Part shown: piece by piece, positions 38,655 to 51,676 of the stretch
Layout of the letters: each line of letters begins with the position of its first letter
Numbering within the stretch: position 1 is the first letter of the stretch
Source of the DNA: Hypanus sabinus
Lineage: Eukaryota
Length of the DNA stretch: 64,000 nt
Reading direction: 5' to 3'
NCBI RefSeq assembly: GCF_030144855.1
Contig: NW_026781544.1
Span: 1-64,000, forward strand
Position numbers and translations under genes: made by a program
The notes under the pieces: generated by a model
What the model was told of the DNA's origin: nothing
Seen by the model: the letters and a program-made list of their open reading frames with translations, nothing else
Database searches by the model: none

Positions 38655-39460
38655 GCTGATAATCAATAGTCAAACGAAGGAAGGCAGTGCAAATGCAATA
38701 AATAGATGGATAGACAGTGAAATAGATTGATAGAAAGAAAGATAGATAGATAGAAAGATAGATAGATAAATCGATCGATAGATAGATAAATAAATAGAGA
38801 AAGAGATAGATGGATAGATAGACAGATAGATAGATAGATAGATATCGATCGATCGTCTGGCGATCGGTGAACTTACTAAGCATTGATACGCAAATCTGAA
38901 GGCAAAAAGGAAATGAGAATCAGTGAACTTGCTCGTGTAGGATCTCAGCTTCCCGGACCTCCATCTCGTTTGTTGGGAAAATAACCTGGTATGGATGGCA
39001 AAGTCCATGAGGACGGAGGCCGCTTGCCCTGGATTTGTTTTCATTCTTCAGGCCCTCGAGCCGCAGATCTCGGCAATGGCTCGATTTAATCCCAGCCTAG
39101 TTACAGAACAATTTACAGTGAGCATTTCACCTTCTGACCAGCTCCACCTGGAGCCGTGGGGTATTCCGGTCCAAAGAGAGATAACCCACGCGGTCACGAG
39201 GAGAATATAGAAACTCATACAGTCAGCGGCGTGAATTTAACCTGAGACGCCTGCACTACAAAGCGTTTGCGCTAACCAAAAAAAAAAGGACGACAGGAGG
39301 AAGGGGAGAAAGAACAAATAAGTGTGCGTGCGCGTGAAAAAGTATAGGCATCCTTCACCTGATCACCTGGGGTTTCTTCCGGGTGTTCCGCTTTCCCATC
39401 CGAGACGAAAGTAGCGGTTAGTAGGTTAATTGGGCATTATAAATTGTCCGGAGATTAGGG
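38655..39460. repeat. Direct repeat with about 44275-44790 (GATA tract + unique stretch + V-SINE fragment)
   Basis: Shared ctgataat...ggatag start, gcgatc(g/a)gtgaact, aaaaggaaatga, ataacctgg..ggatggca and a terminal SINE piece. Confidence 0.65.
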
Positions 39461-40098
39461 ACGTATTAAAACAGTTTGGTTTCTGGTCGGCGCGACTTGG
39501 GAGACAGGACGGGTGTATTCATTCCTGTATCTCTACATGGATACCAAAGAAAACCTGATTGAATCAAATTCACAAGTTTGACCAAGACGCATTGGACTGT
39601 TCTTGTGGGATAAAATAATTTTAACATGGAACTATGGACGGCGAAATCCAGAGTGGTAATTTTAATTATAAATGCGATCTCAAGCAAAAGTAAAAGAAAA
39701 AAACGGTGAGCAATAACAATTCCAATAATTACAGGACATTATAAAAGCAAGAACATCCGTTCTGAAAAAAAAAAGCCGGTAACGAAATCGTGGTCACAGG
39801 GAAGAAGCAACTGAGCGTCTGTGCAATGAAAGTCCGCTATTCCTTTCCACCTCATATTCAGGTAAATCGTTGTCCGTCCGGGGCTTGTGGGAGAGTGCTG
39901 GGTGTGCGTGACGTCACAATGCCGGCGTAAGAGCTGGCATCTTGCCAGAAGATTGGCCATCTGCTCTCTCACCGTTGTTACAAATCCCCTTCAGCTTCCA
40001 GTCTACACCGCGTTTCCTCTGTCAAAACAAAAGATAGACAAGACGCCACCACACGGCCAAGTGTGTTTGCTCAGTCACGCCTTTTACAGGCCGTCTGG

Positions 40099-40137
40099 GG
40101 TTTTTGTCGAGCTCTTCCCTCTCGGCGCGTCACTGTG
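40099..40137 (-). other. 23-RSS of V8 (CACAGTG-23-ACAAAAACC)
   Basis: Consensus; 23-nt spacer. Confidence 0.97.
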
Positions 40138-40792
40138 TAGACTCCAGGCGCAGAAATAGTCGGCCGAGTGATTCACCCGCAAGCTGTTGGTCACCAGTTC
40201 GTTCTCGTTCGTTTTCAGCGCCTGCAGAGTAAATCCATCGACCTCCCCGTCTGGATTTCTGAAGTCAGCACCGTAGCTGTAGATCATGAACTGCGGTCCC
40301 TGCCCCGGGTACTGGCGGTACCAGTGCACGTAATAATCGCCGCTGCCCTCCACGTTGCAGGACAGCACCATCGGGTTCCCTGGAGATCCGGAAAAAGCCG
40401 GTGGAGACTGCCGGATAGTTTGCGAGTTCGCGGCTGGAGAAGAGAGGAGCAGAGTATGACGTCAGTAGGGATGTACTCTCGGATCATGGAGAAAGGGAGC
40501 AAAGAGGGTGAAGGAGAAGTGCAGGAAGCAGAGGCGTAAGGGGAAAAGAGAACGAGATGGGGAAGGTGTAGAGACAGTGAGAGAATAGAATAAAAAAATA
40601 TAATTGGATGGACAGAGGTGAATAGCAAAATGGCGGAATGATGGAAAAAGCGAGAAAGAAGCGTCAGAGAGTGTTAGTAAAGCATAAAGTGCAAGTATAT
40701 ACGGAACCCAGAAAGGGTAGTGCGGAACTACTCGCAAATTGAAGCTGTCGTTTACCGTGAAGCCAGATCAGCAGCTCGAATAACACGAACAT
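40138..40792 (-). CDS. TRBV: V8: TCR beta V gene, CAWS family, intact, inverted close paralog of V1 (leader 40792-40756, V exon 40433-40138)
   Basis: Leader MFVLFELLIWLH + G|GTAAA; open exon; 19 substitutions versus V1 in 296 nt by manual alignment. Confidence 0.93.
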
Positions 40793-42929
40793 CTTTCAAC
40801 TTAGACAGTTTCCTCCAAGCGGAAGGGCGTTCGGGACGAAGAACCTTTTGAATGCCTTGTCAGAGTGAACGGACGAAGATCCGCCCCTCAACCATACGTC
40901 ACTGAGTTGCGACACTGGTAGCTTTGAGTTTGAATGGTGTGTGGATCAAGCCATTTACAGTTTCGGAGGTCAATCGGGAGGGCGGGCCCCATTCCAAGTT
41001 CAGCAGGAAAACGCAAGCTGTCCCTTCAGTCCTGGATACGTCTTTCTAACTTCAATGTCACAAATTCAGTCATCGTACCGTTTTGGGAGGCGCAGAGGGG
41101 AATATAAACAGAGAGGTACGGATTATGTTCAGCAGAAAGACAGATTAATTTTGTATATGATGGTCCAGAGTGCTTTTTCCGTGTTATTCATGAATTGCAA
41201 ATAGCGGAGCTGCAGAATATGCATTACAGACGCTGACCTCTCAGCCCAAAAGTTTATTGTTTGAGAGGTGTAGATGGTAGCGTCGTATTCTGGTGCATTA
41301 CAGAAACAGACGCTTCGGTCCAACTGGCAACCTCCTATAAGTAACTTCATAACTCCCGTCATGCAAGCTGTTATCATGCCAGCAATTCGGCAGGGATGAC
41401 GATTGCAGTGGACATTGAAAGCGTATAGCACGGGATTCTCCAGCAGGCAGCAATCTCAGCGCGGCAGAAGTGGTTACGTGGCAACGAACCACTTGTCTGC
41501 GAGTCAGATTTCGAGAATGTCATTAACAGGGCAAGCAAGCTGTTTACTCTGCGACCCCGCAGCTGGGACTTGGCAAAACCAAAGTCTTGTGTAGAGTGCC
41601 ACCCTGCGGCCTCAATAGGAATAACCCTGACACAGCAACTTGTGGAACGGAGGCAGTCACGACTACTACGGGATTATTCGGCCGAATGTGATGGTGCTGC
41701 GACAGAATCGACTAGTAACCCCAACCCTATTTCTCTGAATGCCTGCAGTTAAGTAACTATCAAGGTTGTCTCTGGAGCCAGATACGTACTTTGCTAATAA
41801 ATTTATTTTGACAGGGACTTTGACTTTATTGAGGCCTGTAAAACCTCCCGGAGCATAGACAAGATGCATCATCATTATTTCCCATGGGTAGCAGGGATTA
41901 AACCCAAATTATATAATTACATACAGAGGGTAATCTGTTTATGTTCAAATAAAGTTAGCTACACGGAATGAGTTGCTGGTAAAAGCAGTCGAGGAGGGGA
42001 CACCTACAACATTCGGGCAGGTACAGAGGTGGTAAGGCTTCATGGATGTTTTGAGTAAACGGAGGCAAATAGAATTAAATTACACAGGGCCCCGTAGTAC
42101 CAGAACTAATAGCCAACAGAGGGCGCTCTACGACAAAAAGCGTCGGCATTGACTTCTGGTTGGGAAGCTGCCGTTCAGCCACCCAGTCACCGCATCACAC
42201 ACGACCGGGTATCCTGAACCAACAAATTCATGTCTCACGTGCGCTGACTGTACTTGCCTCCATCTCGCCCTGATATATCACATGAAGCAGAAACATCAAA
42301 GGTCCAGGTGCAGTCTGTGCAATTATATTCAAGACATCATCTCAGGAGACCGATCGAAAGATGGATACAGGTAGGCACATCGATCGCAAACCACAGGCAG
42401 GTAAGAGACAGATGAATAACTCTCTAGAACTTTGAGCTTATCCGTCACCGTTTTAAGTGAAGTCCAAAGCATAAAACCTCCATCATGATAAGGTCCTTTG
42501 GAATGCTTTTCCATGTTTCCAGGCAACGTCTTTCAATGGTGGAGGGGCTGGTGTGCCGTTGTCTGCAATTATATGAAAGATGCCATCAAAAGAGACGGAC
42601 AGAAAGACGGATAAAGGTAGAAAATAGGTAGATTTTACAGGCAGACAACAGAAGGTTAAGCGACAGATAAATAGCTCTCTAGTTTTAATAGATCGATGAA
42701 GGCGACACGGAAGATTACACCCGATACGCAATCTCTCCATGGGCTGTGAGAAGTATCGTTCCGTATCCTGTTTCCGATCATCGCCTTTCAGCGGAGGGAG
42801 GGCCCGTGAGCCAATCGCAGACAATGTGGTGGGGGGGCTGGAAGTTCACCCTCAGCCTTTGGCAACCGTCTTTCCCCGATTTACCTTCAAGACAGGTTTG
42901 ACTCGTTGTCTCTTCATCTCGAGTGAATG

Positions 42930-43642
42930 ATGTTCCTGGTACTATCACTGGCGGCCTTTTTCCATCGTAAGAGAACTTAACAGCTTTTTTTATTGATTCA
43001 TCTTCCCCCTTGCTCTCCTTTTGTCTTTCTCGCATATTCACAGCAACGTTTCGTTTATTTTTCTTTCCTTCTCCTTGGTTCCCAAGTCTTTTAATCTTCT
43101 CGCTCTCCCCCGCTGTCGCATTCGGTCTATCTCTCTCCCTCTCTCTCTTTTTGTCTCTTTCTATCTGTCTCCTTCTCTTCCCTCCCTCCCTTCTATTTCT
43201 GTCTCTCTGTCTGTCTGTCTCTTTCCACCTCTCTCTATCTCTCTCTCCCCCTCCTCTCTGTCAAACTCGCTTTCCGTCATGCCGTCTCCCTTTTACTCAA
43301 TCTCATCTCTGCGTCAGATATTCTTTATTGAATAACTTCTTCCCGCTTTCTATTACCAGATGCGATTTCAGCGATTATCCGCCAGACCCCCGCCGTTGTT
43401 TCTCAGCCTCTCGGCGAGGCGGTGACGCTCCAATGCATCATTGAGGACGGCAGAACTTATCAACTATACTGCTACAGGTTAAACCCGGGGCGTGAGCCGC
43501 AGAACCTATTCTACTCCATGGCTGCTCCAAGCGTGAGGTGGAGGGGTTCACCGCCAGCCAGCCGAGTTACGCCGCCTTCACCCTGAGCGCCTCTCGCCTG
43601 CAGCTGAACCACATGGCCACATATTTCTGCGCTCGCAGTCTG
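42930..43642 (+). pseudogene. TRBV: V9: TRBV pseudogene, V2-like (leader 42930-42966, V exon 43360-43642)
   Basis: Leader MFLVLSLAAFFH + C|GTAAG; WYRQ->CYRL; 13-nt deletion in the CDR2 region (exon 283 nt versus 296 in V2) causes a frameshift; ends ATYFCARSL. Confidence 0.9.
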
Positions 43643-43681
43643 CACAGCGACTGACAACGACGGAGGCCTCGAGCAAAAACC
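43643..43681 (+). other. 23-RSS of V9 (CACAGCG-23-GCAAAAACC)
   Basis: Read directly; 23-nt spacer resembling the V2 spacer. Confidence 0.93.
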
Positions 43682-44319
43682 CCAACAGGGCAGGTGGCGA
43701 CGACATTAATTCACATTGAAAGCGAATAATTCACAGTCTGAAAGGGAAATTCAGACAGCGGTACGGCGAAATCGGAAAGCAGCAAGATGCCGAGAGAAAT
43801 GATTAGTCCCGTATTCTTAGATAAGTCGGATACACTTACGGTCGCAAGCCCCGTTGCTTTCTCACGGGCTGTTCTGAATCCCTCCCCCAATTACATACAG
43901 GTTGCTGGTTGACCTCATGGGTTGGCCTTCTTTATCTCCTTTCTGATCCTGAGGATGAACCGAGATTGCTGCAGAGGGCGCTGTTGAGCCGCGAATGCAG
44001 AATCCTCGGTAGGAACAGCAGCTGCGTTTTGAAAGCCTCTCGCTTAAGTTGGCGTCCTGGATCAGTTTTTAACGTCGGGTTGGTGGATTCCATTCTCAGG
44101 ACTTCATGCGAGGTCGGCATTTCGTCATAGTTTACCGTATAACGGTTACCTTTTCAATGAGAATAACGTGATATTCAACATTCAGCACCCCTCTCCTTCC
44201 CCTGGTCTCTGGCTCAGTCACACCTCCCATGTCTGTGATAGTGAAGTGCAATATAATAAAGGAAAAAAAGGAACTGATAATGGCCAAAAGAAAGGACTGT
44301 GTAAATACAACAAATAACT

Positions 44320-44362
44320 AAATGGATAGATAAATAGATACTAATAGATAGATAGATAGATG

Positions 44363-44412
<50 letters not shown>

Positions 44413-44420
44413 CAGACAGA
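44320..44420. repeat. (GATA)n microsatellite (degenerate paralog 38700-38850)
   Basis: Read directly. Confidence 0.9.
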
Positions 44421-46929
44421 TACAACGATAGGTAGATACATTCTAGATAAATGAATAAATAATACTGAGATCGGGTTCAGTGTTGCGATCAGTGAACTCA
44501 CCGATACGGGAGTCCTATGGCGAAAAGGAAATGATCGTTCCTGGACCTGCTGGTGCAGGATGGAAGTTTCCCGTATCTCCATCCCAACTGTAGCGAACAT
44601 AACCTGGGGTGGATGGCATAATCCATGACGATTGATGCTGCTTGCTGTTGAAAAAATGGAGAAAGAAGAACTAAGTGTTCGCGTGCATGGAAAAGTTTCT
44701 ACGTCCTTCAATTGTGGACGTGGGTTTCCTCCGGGTGTTCCGGTTTCCACTCAAAGATCAAAGTAGCCGTTAGTAGTTTAATTGTCCTGTGTGTAGGGAA
44801 GTGTTAAAATAGACTGGTTGCAGGGCGTCTCAACTCGGTTTGGTCGGAAGAAGCTATTCTGTGCTTTTTGTCCAGATTAATACCTCGGAGCACGACGCTC
44901 TCGAGCTCCCCGCACTGGCCCGGAGAGCTCATTACAGGCTGTAACTGGCTTGTGTTGCCGCCGTCTCGTTTATCCAGCTGGCGTTGTATTACCTCGATAG
45001 CCCCTAAATGCCCAGAGTTGCGTATGTAATAGGAGTTCTCTCTGTCATCATACAGGTTGTCTATGCGTGCTGTGGTATTTTTATCGGACATTAAGCCGCA
45101 TCTCTGCTGCCCCGTTACATGGACCGTGGACGTTAACTTTACTTTCATAGGCATTTCAAGGTGAATTTTGATGTGTTTAATTTGAATTGTCATTAAAACT
45201 TATATCGATACCCATTATTAGAGCCAAACGCGACAGTATATCTCCGGGTCGAGGATGACAGCCACAGTACCATCAATCACACAAAATACAAGGTGAAATA
45301 CGGTCACCTGAAATATATATACTAACAGTAACGTGTTCATGGATGTTGCAGGAACCTGCCGTCCGACCCAATACAACGTTTTGTCCGCCGGGTGGACGCT
45401 GGGGGGCAGCACCGACTGCAACCTGGACGCCGCACCACACTGACTACGGTGGAGCTTACGGAATCCGACGCTCCTCTGCTGGTCGGGAGTCAACGGGCGT
45501 CACCGTGGCTTCAGGCCGAGTCTATTGTCCTACCGAGGCCACGTGGCTTCCACGCTGTTCGCTCCTACGGTCTGCTGATAAATCAAAGAATCCAATTTTG
45601 CTGCCTTCCACGTTAACATTGTCCCACAGGACACCAGAAAGCGATTGCGGTGATCAGTCACTGTTAGAGTGCACATCTCCCTCGGGCCCCGATACCTCCG
45701 GTGCCTCTCTGACACAGGCCTCACCACGTCCTGCTCCTTCTTTTCCTCTGTCAAGAGCTACACGCTCATGGGGTGGACCTGATTTTCCTGAAATATTAAT
45801 GTCCCGCAGACTTCCGTACCGAAAACTAAAAAAAAAGTTTTAAAAGGGCAATATGGAGGCCTTCTGCCGCCCCTCTACTTCAAGCTTCGACATTCGTGCA
45901 GATCTTCTGACCTCTGCTCTTGAAATGTGTGGTTACTTGAATGACCACAAGGGGAGCTGACACAGGAAGGCAACGACCACCATCAAAGAACCGTCCGTCC
46001 CCCCCACCAGCACCATCCGGTCTGTGCCTTCTCCCCGCACCTCCCACCGGGCAGGAGGAAGAGAAGCTGAAGTCCCTACACCACATCGTTCAGGGGCAGC
46101 GACTTCCCTTCAACCATCCGGTTCCTGAACCGACCGGCCCAGCCTGGATCGATCCCTCCGTACAGCGAAACTGTGACCACTTGGCAAAAAGGTGGACTTT
46201 GTTTCCGATGCCTCCTGTACCAGAAAAGTGGCCACTGCCTGTCTGGCCCTTTTTTCTGCCGCCCGAGCCCATCCACTTCCTTAAAACAACCAGCGTAATG
46301 AAAGATCCCAGACACAACTCGAGCAGAATCACTCCCGTTTGACTTCCGACTCTCCAACAGGCCGTTTGTACGAGAGGAGGCTGCAATAATGTGGACTCTC
46401 CACTTCACCACCTACCCAATTATGGTCCGTATGGTCCGGTTTCTCTGCTTAACTCTAGACTCGTGGCACCATAAGCTACCCTAAGATTAATTTCCGGGCA
46501 TTTACAGCAGATGCGTTAAAATATAGCAATGGAGCCATTGAAAAAAGATGGACAAACAATTTCTAAATGAAGGCAAACTGTGCATAGGCACAATAAGCAA
46601 TCAACGTTAAATATGAATGTAATAAATATCATTGAGATCTGTGAAAAATTTAAAGAGATTCGCTATGTTTTCAAACAGTCAGATGCTGAGCTGCGTGAAG
46701 TTGTCAACACTGAGTCAAGAGCGGGAACGAGTGAGAATAACTTCATTCACCTCAACACTGAAGGAAACGCGATGGCGACTACACTCCGCCTCGCTCTGCG
46801 TTTCTGACGAAGGCCGATTACTTTCTGGCACAGAATTGATTCCCCGATCACGGAATCGTAAGTAAGTAACTGGCAGCTCTAATCTGGTATTGCATTTATT
46901 TGGGGTCATTTACGGAGTATTTTGAACCT

Positions 46930-47410
46930 AATTCCCATGCTTATTCCTGGGATGTCTGGACTGTCTAACGCAGAGAGGTTATCGAGTCTGGGCTTGTACA
47001 CGCTGAAATTAAGGAGATTGAGAGGGGATCTGATTGCAACTTATAAGATTATTAATGGATTGGACAAGACAGAGGCAGGAAATATGTTCCAGATGCTGGG
47101 AGAGTCCAGTACCAGAGGGCATGGTTTAAGAATTAGGTGTAGGTCATTTAGGACAGAGTTAAGGAAAAACGTCTTCTCCCAGAGAGTTGTGGGGGTGTAG
47201 AATGCACTGCCTCAGAATGCAGTGTCGGCCAACTCTATGGATGCTTTCAAGAAGGAGCTAGATCGATATCTTATGGATAGGGGAATCGAGGGATATGTGG
47301 ACAAAGCAGGAACCGGGTATTTATTGTAGATGATCAGCCATTATCTCAGAATGGCAGTGCAGGCTCGAAGGGCGGAATGGTCTACTTCTGCACCTATTGT
47401 CTATTGTCTA
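46930..47410 (+). mobile_element. CR1 LINE 3' fragment, same subfamily as 1408-1980
   Basis: LIPGMSGLSNAERLSSLGLYTLKLRRLRGDLIATYKII; (ctattgt)n tail. Confidence 0.92.
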
Positions 47411-47638
47411 TTGTTATTTCCTCTCAGCTTGGAATCATCCAAATTGCCTGTAGCGCATGCGTGGCACTCGGGTCTCATCACAGAATGTCAGCACTGTAAA
47501 CCGCACCCAAGAGGCAAATATATTTGCAGAAGTGACACCATTGCCACGGGGCCAATGGGAGAATTGCTTTCTCAGGCAACGCGGATAGACTTCCCCCTGA
47601 GCTGAAACGGAACATCACTCGATTCCACACAGCGGTAA

Positions 47639-48625
47639 ATGATGCTGACGGCCAGGCTTTGCATTCCGCTGATCGTGGCGGTGATCCCGCGTAAGTTAAA
47701 ATCACAGGGCTGGGGTCAGGGGGTGTAAAATGCACTTTGTGGAACGGCGGGGTGCAGTATCGAACGTGGTTCTTCTTGGTAGAATTTCTCCCCAAGAGGG
47801 CAATGATTTGATTGATCCCTTTCAACAAATGGCAAAGTGTTTTATGACAGATAAATATGTAACGCGCTTGTCAGAGTGACCCCCGTGGGGTCATTCCGTT
47901 CTGCCACGATGCTCTGAGAGGATATCGGGGTTTCTTGTAGGATGCGAGGGGAATTGAACTCAGAACAAATGTGTGCTTGTTAAACGGCATTTTACCCCGG
48001 TTCCTCACTGCGTTTCGATGGATGAGGTTTTGCCCGAGTTCGAGTACGTGTGCGTCAGCGCTTTCGTGCGTTTGGGTGTCTCATCTCACAGCATTTCGTT
48101 GTGTTGATCGCAGAGCGGCCGGTGTAAATGACCCACCATTCGGCCATGGTCATCGGGTGAGGATTGTACATCTCGCCTATTACACATCGCACAACAGTGC
48201 GAATCTCCGGGGAAAATCGGAGAGTGGCCACGGTCCTTCGATAATACCAAACTCTTCCATCTATCTTGCTTCCGCGCACTTTGATGATGAATTGAGAGAA
48301 ATTGGAGTCTAATCTGATTTCTGTCCGACAGGGATTCTGACCGCCTACGTGGAGCAATCGCCTTCCTCCCTGTCAATCGCAGAGGGAGACCCGGCCACTC
48401 TGTCGTGTACGCTGCTGAATACGGGCTATAGAAATATGTACTGGTACAGACAGCGATCCGGCCGGGCAATTGATGTTCTCTTCTATTCTGCTGGGCAAGG
48501 ATCATCTGTGAACTACACATCTGATTCCTACGCGGCGACAAGACCCAGCGACACGCTGTTTAAACTGGAACTGACGCGGGCATCGTCCTCCCACTCCGCC
48601 GTCTACCTCTGCGCTTGTAGTAGCG
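47639..48625 (+). CDS. TRBV: V10: TCR beta V gene, CACSS family, intact (leader 47639-47690, V exon 48332-48625)
   Basis: Leader MMLTARLCIPLIVAVIP + C|GTAAG; exon ILTAYVEQSP...SCTLLNTGYRNMYWYRQ...SYAATRPSDTLFKLEL...AVYLCACSS open. Confidence 0.92.
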
Positions 48626-48664
48626 CACAGAGCTTGAAGTAAAGGGTCTCTCAGTACAAAAACC
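48626..48664 (+). other. 23-RSS of V10 (CACAGAG-23-ACAAAAACC)
   Basis: Read directly; 23-nt spacer. Confidence 0.94.
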
Positions 48665-48703
48665 TTCCTGTTTATCACAGGAATGTTCAGAGTTCATGTT
48701 CCA

Positions 48704-48717
48704 CCACTAGGTGGCAG
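48704..48717 (+). promoter_or_regulatory. RSS-proximal CTCF-like motif CCACTAGGTGGCAG behind V10 (also V11 51716-51729, V12 55242-55255)
   Basis: Strong consensus match; begins 40, 40 and 43 nt after the respective nonamer ends. Confidence 0.7.
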
Positions 48718-50628
48718 CACAGGATGGTGTTTGACAGCCACTTATTCTGTCTCGAACCGGCAACACGTGTCCAGCTTTCTCCTCCTGCTCCAGTAACTCC
48801 CGATATCACAGAGACAAGAATTCTACTTGATATGGCAACTGCTCTACAGTTACCAGCCGGAAACTCCAGAAAAATAAACGTCCATACAGCTCAGTCGATC
48901 CCGGAAGCACCCCCTGTCTGATATTTCCTTCTGTCAGAGGAGCGCAGTCGCCAGCCTCCAGTCGGGCGGAGGACTCAATGATCTGAATGTGCATACTAAC
49001 AATCGCAAGGGCAGCCTGTTCTCCCGCTGTTATTCAACTCTCGAGTGGCCCATTTTTACGGGACGATGGCACATTGACGTGGACCACTGACGTCACGATG
49101 AAACTCATTATGGTACTGTGCTCCTGTTCCGCTTTCTTTCTGTATCTCTTAAACTTTATTGATGTTTCCTATTTCACATCAGTGCACCGCGTACTGACTA
49201 TACATCTGTGAACAAGCTTGTGACTGCATCTTGTTAGAGGTGACAATAACAAGTCGGTGTCAATACCAGCAGCGGTACCCGCCGTAGCTGCTGACTGACC
49301 CGCTGGAGTTTTCCTACTACATTGCCGATGGCATGAAATTGAGCGGTAAAACAAATTGTCACGGGTGAACACATGAAGCCGCGCTCCTCAACCCTACCTT
49401 AGATGATACGTAAGAGCCGTCCACTCACGATTGCAGAGACCCATAGCATTAGGAACCGTCTGTAGAATGCAGGTAGACTGAAGGCTGGATATTAATATGT
49501 TCTTCTTTGTCTATATTCAGATTCCGTCAATGATCCCGAGTCTGCTGCAGGGGGCGCTGTTGGACCATGAAGCACCTAATGTGCAGATCCGTCTGTCGGC
49601 AAAACAGCCGCATTTTGACGGGAATCTGAGATGTCGGGTCGTGAAAACTGTCCTATCATCGGGCAGAGACTTTCATTCGCAAGGTTTCTTATGCTGTTAG
49701 CATTTCCGGATGCACTGCAATTCAACCATTGCGCTGTCGAATAGAACGGCGTGGTAATCAACGCTCAAACTCTACCACCCTATCCCTTGGAAATGATGCG
49801 GCGGTTACTTCCACGTCCTTGAACGCTTTATCTATTTCTATTGCAGTTAACAAGAATTACATCAACATGTAATAATTCAANNNNNNNNNNNNNNNNNNNN
49901 NNNNNNNNNNNNNNNNNNNNNNNNNNNNNNNNNNNNNNNNNNNNNNNNNNNNNNNNNNNNNNNNNNNNNNNNNNNNNNNNNNNNNNNNNNNNNNNNNNNN
50001 NNNNNNNNNNNNNNNNNNNNNCGAAAGTGAATTTATTTTCAACGTAAGTGCAGCTTTCCACATGATACACCGAGATTCGATTTGAGACAGGCACTCACAG
50101 TATAATAAATAAATACAATAGAATATATGGGGAAAAAGAAATCACACACAGTTATAGAAAATGAAGCAGCACTGTACACTGGCTCTTCCTCCACGCTCTG
50201 TACTTACTGGCGCTTTGAATCAGCTGACGTGAAATGTCACTATCACCTGCTGTTCCCCGCATCCCTTCCGTCTGTCGCGGCCGTTCCCCTCCATACCACA
50301 TCCAGGCGGCTTTTCCCCATTCGCTTCCTGTCTCAGCCCTACAGACACCATTTGTCCTCTAATCTTCTCTTGTCCTTTCCTACCGCTTTTCAAACAGTCC
50401 GCTTATTTTGTGGGTCTGGTGAAGTGCCGTTTATTTTCTGCAATCGACGCGAAACACGCTTGAAGCTCTTCTATGGTTGCGTATTCCCTGCCCTCGGGAA
50501 CATTGTCCAATCATTTTGAACCACCTTCCCATGGATGTGCGCTTCCCAGCTTCAAATCGTCCGAACGTATCTGCATTGCCTGAACTCACTTCGGGCATCA
50601 TCGTCAGTCCAAAGGCGTTCACCGTAGC

Positions 50629-50641
50629 GGAAGTGACGTCA
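50629..50641 (+). promoter_or_regulatory. V11 promoter: perfect decamer AGTGACGTCA within an ETS-CRE composite (GGAAGTGACGTCA)
   Basis: About 106-115 nt upstream of the ATG; related motifs at V10 (47531-47540), V12 (54586-54602) and V15 (63395-63408). Confidence 0.7.
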
Positions 50642-50746
50642 TCTCCACAAAACAACGATAATCTCGTTCCTTTATCAGACCACACAGATAGACTGTGTGA
50701 GAGCTGGCTCTGAGCTTCACATAGAGGAAATATCCTCATCCTGTAG

Positions 50747-51637
50747 ATGATGGTGCGGAGGATTGTTTGCCTCCCGCTGATCGTGGCGATGATCCCAGGT
50801 AAGTACAAATCACAGATCTCGGGGAAAGGGTGTGGAACGACGTATTTCAGCATCGCACGTGGTTAGACTTGGCAGATCTGGACATGAGGCCGAAGGTTTG
50901 ATGCCTACCTTGCTACTCAGGAGCCGAATGTGAAAACGCCTTCCCACTGATAAATCCTTGCCGCGCTGGTCGAACAGACCCGATTAAAATTGCGGGACTC
51001 CTTCGGTTTCGCTAAGCTCGGAAGGGGGTATCGGGATTACTCCGAGGGTGCGTGGGGATCTGCGCCAAAATTGAAACAGGACGAAATGAGATTATGCTCA
51101 ATGACATTTAACCCCGCTTCCTCACTGCGGTTCGAAGAGTCTCATTTTCTCTGAACTAGTGTGCATCTGTGTCAGGCTGGTGTTTAGCGCAAATTTCACG
51201 GTGCAGAATAGTGTGAAACATCGGGTTAACCGGAGAGTGGACAGAATATTTTGGGAACGCCAGACCGTTCCTGCTGTCTAGATCACACGCGAGCTGATCA
51301 ACAATTAAGGGAAATTGATGACTAACCGATTTTCTGTTTTACAGGGATTCTGACCGTGTTCGTTGACCAGTCGCCTTCCTCCTTGTCAGTCGGAGAGGGT
51401 GAGACGGCCAGCGTCTCGTGTACGCTGCTGAAAACGGACTATACACGAATGTATTGGTACAGGCAGCGACCCGGCCAGGCAATGGATTGTCTCTTCTATT
51501 CTGTTGGACAAGGTTCGGTTAGGAACGACACATCCGATTCCTACACGGCGACAAGACCCAGCCGCACTCTGTTTAAACTGAACTGGGACGGGCCTCGGCC
51601 TCTCACTCCGCCGTCTACTACTGCACTTGTAGTAGCG
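50747..51637 (+). pseudogene. TRBV: V11: TRBV pseudogene, CACSS family, 1-nt deletion in FR3 (leader 50747-50798, V exon 51345-51637)
   Basis: Leader MMVRRIVCLPLIVAMIP + G|GTAAG; aaactg-aactg versus aaactggaactg in V10 near 51580; exon is 293 nt versus 294; corrected end AVYYCTCSS. Confidence 0.88.
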
Positions 51638-51676
51638 CACAGAACTTCAGATAACGCGTCTCCCACTACAAAAACC
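51638..51676 (+). other. 23-RSS of V11 (CACAGAA-23-ACAAAAACC)
   Basis: Read directly; 23-nt spacer. Confidence 0.93.

Larger units (their letters stand above)
39760..42380. repeat. Inverted segmental duplication, right arm (partner about 3050-5700)
   Basis: See left arm. Confidence 0.9.

Noticed and set aside
49088-49150. Perfect CRE (TGACGTCA) followed by a hydrophobic leader-like MKLIMVLCSCSAFF
   Set aside because: The CRE is only 3 nt from the ATG (about 100 nt in real V genes); no phase-1 donor and no downstream V exon.
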